IMG/VR virus record: IMGVR_UViG_3300029305_005724
Location: 1 to 64,000 of that record
DNA: 64,000 nucleotides
From: a virus
Taxonomy: Duplodnaviria; Caudoviricetes
Strand: one strand, 5' to 3'
A program made the translations under genes and the position numbers. Below the pieces are notes generated by a model that saw only the letters and a list, made by a program, of their open reading frames with translations, was not told where the DNA came from and searched no databases. Every line of letters begins with the position of its first letter. The first letter of the stretch is position 1. This document shows positions 58,728 to 64,000 of this stretch, one piece after another.

Positions 58728-60680
58728 ATGATTAAAGGACGACAACCTGGAGATAATATTACCTTAATGAATACAATGTTCTTTAGGAGAATGGATCCAA
58801 AAGATGAGAAGTTTAAAGAATTCTTAGCTCTTATCTATAAGGATGCTGATACCGGAATAAAGTATATTGAGGAAAAAGTAGATCCTGATTATGAATATTA
58901 TATGATTAATCCTGATAAAAGGGTTGATTATAATAGATTATTTGTTTCGGCTGATGATGTAGAAGCCGTTCAAGTTCCTTATAAAGAACTTGAAAAAGAT
59001 ATTGCAAAACGTGTTGGTTGCCTTGATTATTTTTATGAAAATATTAAAAATGGTAACCGTACAGAAAATAGAAAAATACATCAGCACCCGGATGTATTTA
59101 ATAGTGATATGAATATTGAAGATCACTATAGATTTAGATTCGATAAAATGTATAAAAATGATACAGTTCCGATTACTAAATCTTTCTTCGATATTGAGGT
59201 TGATTCCATTAATATGGTAGGCGATTTCCCAGAGCCTGGAGAATGCCCAGTTAATGCCATCACATTAATACTGCAAGAACAGCAGCAGGTCTATACGTTC
59301 TTGCTTAGAAATAAGGCCAATCCTTTAATTGCAGAATTTGAAAATTCTGTATTAGACGGATCCATCTTTCCCGAACTTGAAGCATTTGTAGTAAATGCTG
59401 TAGGCGGACCGGAGATGGCTGCGAAATATAATATTAATTTCAAATATAACTTTCTTTTTTATGATGAAGACGATGAAATTAATCTCATCAAGGACTTATT
59501 TAATGCCTTAAACAATTTTAAACCAGACTTTGTATTGGCATGGAATATGGGATTCGACGTTCCATACCTTATTGCAAGATGCCAAAAGCTCGGATATGCT
59601 CCTGAAGATATTATGTGTCATCCTGATTTTAAGAATAAAATTGCACAATATTTTGTAGATGAAAGAATGAAAAGTGAATTCGCAGAACGTGGAGACTTTG
59701 CTTTAATCTCATCATATTCCGTATTCCTAGATCAGATGATACAATTCGCTTCTAGACGTAAAGGACAAAGTAGATTTATCTCATTTACACTTGACTTTAT
59801 TGGTGAAGCCGTAGCTAAAGTACGAAAACTTGATTATAAGCATATTACTACAAACATTGCTGAGCTTCCGTATAAAGATTATAAAACATTCGTGTTCTAT
59901 AATATTATCGATACCATTGTTCAGCATTGCATTGAATGTATGACTGGTGATATTGATTATGTATTTGGAAAGTCTCTTCTTAATAATACCAGATATTCTA
60001 AAACTCATAGACAAACTGTCTATTTGACAAATAGAGGTTGTAAAGAATTTAGAAAAGAAGGATTTATAATTGGAAACAATGTCAATAAGTTTAATCCGCC
60101 ACCGACCGAAAAATTCCCAGGTGCTTATGTAGCGGATCCTACTAAATTGGATAATACAAGTAGGCTTACTATATTTGGAAGATTCGTAGATCTGTTTAAT
60201 AATCTAGATGACTTCGACTATGCAAGCCTTTATCCATCTATTCTTCGTCAGTTTAATATAGCAGCTCACACCCAAATTGGAAAGCTCCTGTTGCCCAATA
60301 AGGTTCATGATAAAGAGAATCCTGCGAATAGAGATGACTGGAGTAGAGCTGGAGCATTTATGGAAGATATGCAGTCTCAGGTTTGGCTAGAGGTCGCTTC
60401 TAGATGGTTTAGCCTAGCAGACTATACTAAACTATATTTTGAAGTTATAGAGTTCTTTAGAGAAATGGCTGTAGCTTTAAATGGAGTTCAGAAGTATACT
60501 AAAGATGGATTAATCATTCCAATGATTGATGTAATTGATATAACGAAAAATAGACTATACGAGCCTATGATATTTAATGATAGTCGTAGAGTTATTGATG
60601 AGCGCTATGTAGCGTATGATATTCAAAGATGGGAGGCATGGAGAAATGCTGCAATTACAAATCCAAACCAGCACTACTAA
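58728..60680 (+). CDS. Family B DNA polymerase, N-terminal part (exonuclease + motif A) of a split enzyme
   Basis: FDIEVD, AWNMGFD, YNIID, FPGAYV, DFDYASLYPSI; no KxxxNSxYG or YGDTDS motif. Confidence 0.85.
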   Translation: MIKGRQPGDNITLMNTMFFRRMDPKDEKFKEFLALIYKDADTGIKYIEEKVDPDYEYYMINPDKRVDYNRLFVSADDVEAVQVPYKELEKDIAKRVGCLDYFYENIKNGNRTENRKIHQHPDVFNSDMNIEDHYRFRFDKMYKNDTVPITKSFFDIEVDSINMVGDFPEPGECPVNAITLILQEQQQVYTFLLRNKANPLIAEFENSVLDGSIFPELEAFVVNAVGGPEMAAKYNINFKYNFLFYDEDDEINLIKDLFNALNNFKPDFVLAWNMGFDVPYLIARCQKLGYAPEDIMCHPDFKNKIAQYFVDERMKSEFAERGDFALISSYSVFLDQMIQFASRRKGQSRFISFTLDFIGEAVAKVRKLDYKHITTNIAELPYKDYKTFVFYNIIDTIVQHCIECMTGDIDYVFGKSLLNNTRYSKTHRQTVYLTNRGCKEFRKEGFIIGNNVNKFNPPPTEKFPGAYVADPTKLDNTSRLTIFGRFVDLFNNLDDFDYASLYPSILRQFNIAAHTQIGKLLLPNKVHDKENPANRDDWSRAGAFMEDMQSQVWLEVASRWFSLADYTKLYFEVIEFFREMAVALNGVQKYTKDGLIIPMIDVIDITKNRLYEPMIFNDSRRVIDERYVAYDIQRWEAWRNAAITNPNQHY

Positions 60681-60681
60681 T

Positions 60682-61443
60682 ATGATTCCCATTAAAGATT
60701 TTCAGTATATATGCGATCTAGCAAAATGCAGTAAATGCAATTTATTTGTATTGCTTAAAGCTACAAATAAACTTTATGGAGCTAATGATGATTGCTGTTG
60801 TATACATGAAATCGATGTACCATTCTTGGTAGATACTGATTTAATATTTAGAATGGATGAAGTAGATAAAGAACTATTAGCTTCTTATAAAAATTTCTTT
60901 GTCCCAGACAGATTCAATTGGGTCATTCTACCAGACTATTATTGGGAAATGTACGTTTCTGGAGATCTGGTGACTAAGTATATTGATGAAAGATATTTTA
61001 TCATAGATCGCACAACAGGTCTCCCGATTCAACAAATTCAGATGTTTAGAAGCAATCCTGAATTCGATTTATCCAAAGCTGCTATTTTAAGACAGTTGGA
61101 GGGATATTTGCTAAGAATAAAACAACTATCATATCCAGAGTTCTTTACAAATGTAGAGCAAGATCCTAAGATCAGACAAGCATTTGATAGTAAAGCGGCT
61201 ATGGGAAGATTCCTATGCAACTTTAAAAATGAGAATATTAATGTACTATTCTATTTCTACAAAGGAATGTTTTCGTTGGCTAAAGCAGACACATTAGATC
61301 TTGAAATTCGCACAGATTTATATAATAGAAACTGTTTTATGGCAACATTCAAACCTAAAAAGAAAAAGAACCCATTAACGTTTAATACGTATGGAGTAGC
61401 TTTTCAAGAGAAAATCCATTGTATGTATATTAATATGGCTTAA
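60682..61443 (+). CDS. Hypothetical protein coupled to the DNA polymerase gene
   Basis: ATG one base after the pol stop. Confidence 0.7.
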   Translation: MIPIKDFQYICDLAKCSKCNLFVLLKATNKLYGANDDCCCIHEIDVPFLVDTDLIFRMDEVDKELLASYKNFFVPDRFNWVILPDYYWEMYVSGDLVTKYIDERYFIIDRTTGLPIQQIQMFRSNPEFDLSKAAILRQLEGYLLRIKQLSYPEFFTNVEQDPKIRQAFDSKAAMGRFLCNFKNENINVLFYFYKGMFSLAKADTLDLEIRTDLYNRNCFMATFKPKKKKNPLTFNTYGVAFQEKIHCMYINMA

Positions 61444-61555
61444 TCTAAACCCCTCTAGACCTTATATCTAGAGGGGTTTATTTTTTTTTATACAGCATTA
61501 GCTCAACATCTAAATAAGTTGAAATACGTCAAAATACTATAGCGAGGTGATATTT

Positions 61556-63949
61556 ATGGCAAAAGATAATAAAGCTATAGCTAGAGCTAATCGCAATATT
61601 CAAAACCTTGCTAATGGCATTAATCAAGGTATGGACGATCTCTATAGGAGCACATATCTAACAACGCCACAGCAAGGAAAGGATCTTAGAGATCTCGGTA
61701 GTCGGATTAACTCTAGTATTGATAATATTGTAAATAGAAATATGGATACAATTGGCATGCCAAGCGTATCCAAATTGTATACGCGTATTGCAGCTACTCA
61801 AGGAAGAGGTACAAAGAATAATAGAGTCATTAGTGAGCTTGAAAGCCTATTTGATAATGGTCTTATTAACGATGATATCTATAGCTTGTTTATGAGTAAT
61901 AGATATTTGAAAGAGCTTGATAATGAAATTGATACTGTTTGTAAGTACATGCCCAAACTCGAAGAAGCACTTCTAGTACAAAAGGATTGTGTTCTTTCAG
62001 CAGATCATTTCTCTAAAGATTTTATTAATATCACTAGTGCAGCAGGTTCCACAGAACTTGATGGAAGTACTTTTGCAGAAAGAATATCTGATCTTAAGAA
62101 AAAGTATAAACTTGCTGAATTAGTTGATCATATTTATGAAGAAACTTCTAAATATGGTGAAAAATTTGTATATAGGGTTCCTTATAGTACTGCAATTGCA
62201 AGACTTCTTGCAACTAAAGCAAATACTACTCTTGTGAAAAATGAAAGCACAGGCGAAACAAGAGAATTTGAAATGAATACTTACTTTACTATTCATATGG
62301 ATAATAAATCATTTGCTATCAAAGAAGCTACAATTGGAACTGAGATGGTTAATGAAAGTGCTACTCATATAGTAAAGAAAGAGAATAAGAAGACTGGAAC
62401 GTTTTCTGAAGTAGAGTCTGCAATTCTTGGTGAAAAAGAACAGTTTGATCTTAATATTGAAATTTGTAAGTCTGGTATTATAGAATCTGCTGTTGCAAAT
62501 GTAAAAGCAGCTTTTAAGAAAAAGATGAAATTCTCTGCAGACTCCATGAACAAAATTTATGAGCAAACCATTTTAAGAGAGTCTGGAAATTCAAAGACAC
62601 CAGAAGCGAAAGGAAATCTTGAATTTGACGATAAGAACCCTTTAGATGCAAGGTTGATTGCTAATGATGGATTAGTCACAGGAGAAGCACCATCGCTTCC
62701 TGATGTTAAAGCTCCCGGATGCGTAATCCAGAAGTTGCCTAGAGAAAATACTATTCCCATCTATATAGATGATATGTGTATGGGATACTATTATTTCGAG
62801 GTAAGAACTGTAGATGATTCTGAATCATTCTTTGGATTTAAGAATATTCTTGGTGACCCTCTAACAAATATGCGTGGAGATAAGCGTAATACATTTAATT
62901 CTGTAGATACACAAAGGCAAGATGACGCGATAAAATATGTTGCAGGTCAGCTGTCTGGCTTTATTGATAAGCAATTTGTAAATAATAATCAGGATCTTGC
63001 TAAAGAGATTTATATGATTCTTAAATACAATGATCTTTTCAATACGCCATCGATTGATAGAATTAAAGTTACATTTGTACCTCCGGAAGATATGGTTCAT
63101 TTCTATTTTAGACTTGATCCACAAACTCACAGAGGTATCTCAGATCTTGATAAGTCCCTTATACCTGCAAAGATTTATTCGAGCTTGTATATAACAAACT
63201 CTATTGGAATTCTTACAAGAGGTCAAGACAAGAGAGCATATTATGTAAAACAAACAGTTGATACCAATATTGCTCAAACACTGCTTAATACTATTGCACA
63301 GATTAAGCAAGGTAACTTTGGAATTAGGCAGTTCCAAAATATAAACAATATCCTTAATATTACAGGTCGTTTCAATGACTTTGTAATTCCCACAAATGCT
63401 TCAGGCGATCCTCCTATTAGTGTAGAAGTTATACCTGGGCAAGAGTTTAACACTTATGAAGATTTGCTTGATAAGCTTGAAGAAATGGCTATCAATAGTA
63501 CTGGAATACCGATAGAGATTATTCAGGCGAGACAGTCTGTTGATTATGCTATGCAACTTACAATGTCTTCTAGCAAAGTTCTAAGATTCTGTTATAAGAG
63601 ACAGGAGCTATTTGAAGATGATCTTGCTGAATTGATCGGTCCTCTATATAATTATGAATATAGAGATACCGCAAGTATAGAAGTTAAACTTCCGCCTCCT
63701 AGTTTCATAAATGTAACAAATACAAATCAGCTTGTTGATAATACTAAAACATTTGTAAATTCTATTGTAGAAGTCGAATTGGCTAATGAGGATAATGAGG
63801 CTCTTAAGAATGAGTACACCATGGAATTAATTAAACATTATCTTGGAAGCCATTTGGATATTAAGTCTCATGAAGATATACTCAATAGATGTAGGTTAAA
63901 GGTTGCTGCAAAAGCTGATGAATCCCACACGGATGATGGTGGATTTTAA
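61556..63949 (+). CDS. Portal protein (T4 gp20/phiKZ-like)
   Basis: GISDLDKSLIPAK...ILTRGQDKRAYYV, NDFVIP, ISVEVIPG resemble portal motifs; late promoter motif 61505-61516. Confidence 0.65.
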   Translation: MAKDNKAIARANRNIQNLANGINQGMDDLYRSTYLTTPQQGKDLRDLGSRINSSIDNIVNRNMDTIGMPSVSKLYTRIAATQGRGTKNNRVISELESLFDNGLINDDIYSLFMSNRYLKELDNEIDTVCKYMPKLEEALLVQKDCVLSADHFSKDFINITSAAGSTELDGSTFAERISDLKKKYKLAELVDHIYEETSKYGEKFVYRVPYSTAIARLLATKANTTLVKNESTGETREFEMNTYFTIHMDNKSFAIKEATIGTEMVNESATHIVKKENKKTGTFSEVESAILGEKEQFDLNIEICKSGIIESAVANVKAAFKKKMKFSADSMNKIYEQTILRESGNSKTPEAKGNLEFDDKNPLDARLIANDGLVTGEAPSLPDVKAPGCVIQKLPRENTIPIYIDDMCMGYYYFEVRTVDDSESFFGFKNILGDPLTNMRGDKRNTFNSVDTQRQDDAIKYVAGQLSGFIDKQFVNNNQDLAKEIYMILKYNDLFNTPSIDRIKVTFVPPEDMVHFYFRLDPQTHRGISDLDKSLIPAKIYSSLYITNSIGILTRGQDKRAYYVKQTVDTNIAQTLLNTIAQIKQGNFGIRQFQNINNILNITGRFNDFVIPTNASGDPPISVEVIPGQEFNTYEDLLDKLEEMAINSTGIPIEIIQARQSVDYAMQLTMSSSKVLRFCYKRQELFEDDLAELIGPLYNYEYRDTASIEVKLPPPSFINVTNTNQLVDNTKTFVNSIVEVELANEDNEALKNEYTMELIKHYLGSHLDIKSHEDILNRCRLKVAAKADESHTDDGGF

Positions 63950-64000
63950 AACAAATAAGAGTATGGAGATTTCTCTCCATACTCTTATATTTTTTTCTTC

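Noticed and set aside
1-64000. tRNA/rRNA genes, introns/inteins, chimallin or tubulin genes
   Set aside because: No cloverleaf, homing-endonuclease or intein motifs, or recognisable shell/tubulin protein seen by eye; a phage nucleus cannot be claimed from this window.

Overview
AT-rich, gene-dense 64-kb segment of a jumbo phage of the phiKZ/AR9(PBS1)-related group. The host is probably a Firmicute, inferred from strong GGAGG RBSs and a LysM-3D protein. It encodes split multisubunit RNA polymerase beta subunits (apparently from two enzymes), an N-terminal family-B DNA polymerase half, DnaB and Dda/RecD-like helicases, RecA/UvsX, SbcC and SbcD, GyrA and GyrB, an NAD-dependent ligase, a portal and other virion proteins. 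Main observations beyond the gene list: (1) several promoter-to-terminator non-coding transcription units, the largest at 56849-57255, built from modules antisense to translation-initiation regions (anti-AUG plus anti-Shine-Dalgarno); (2) a stand-alone Cas7/RAMP-like gene followed by a ~680-nt degenerate short-period repeat RNA candidate; (3) three paralogous tail-collar fibre genes, two with poly-G tracts at the same N-terminal position, one ON (G10) and one frameshifted OFF (G12); (4) a short linear motif LIEPMIF shared by about eight unrelated replication/transcription proteins; (5) about 20 AR9-type AACA-N6-TA promoter motifs and a 17-bp tandem-repeat origin candidate. All calls come from reading the sequence by eye; no searches were run.
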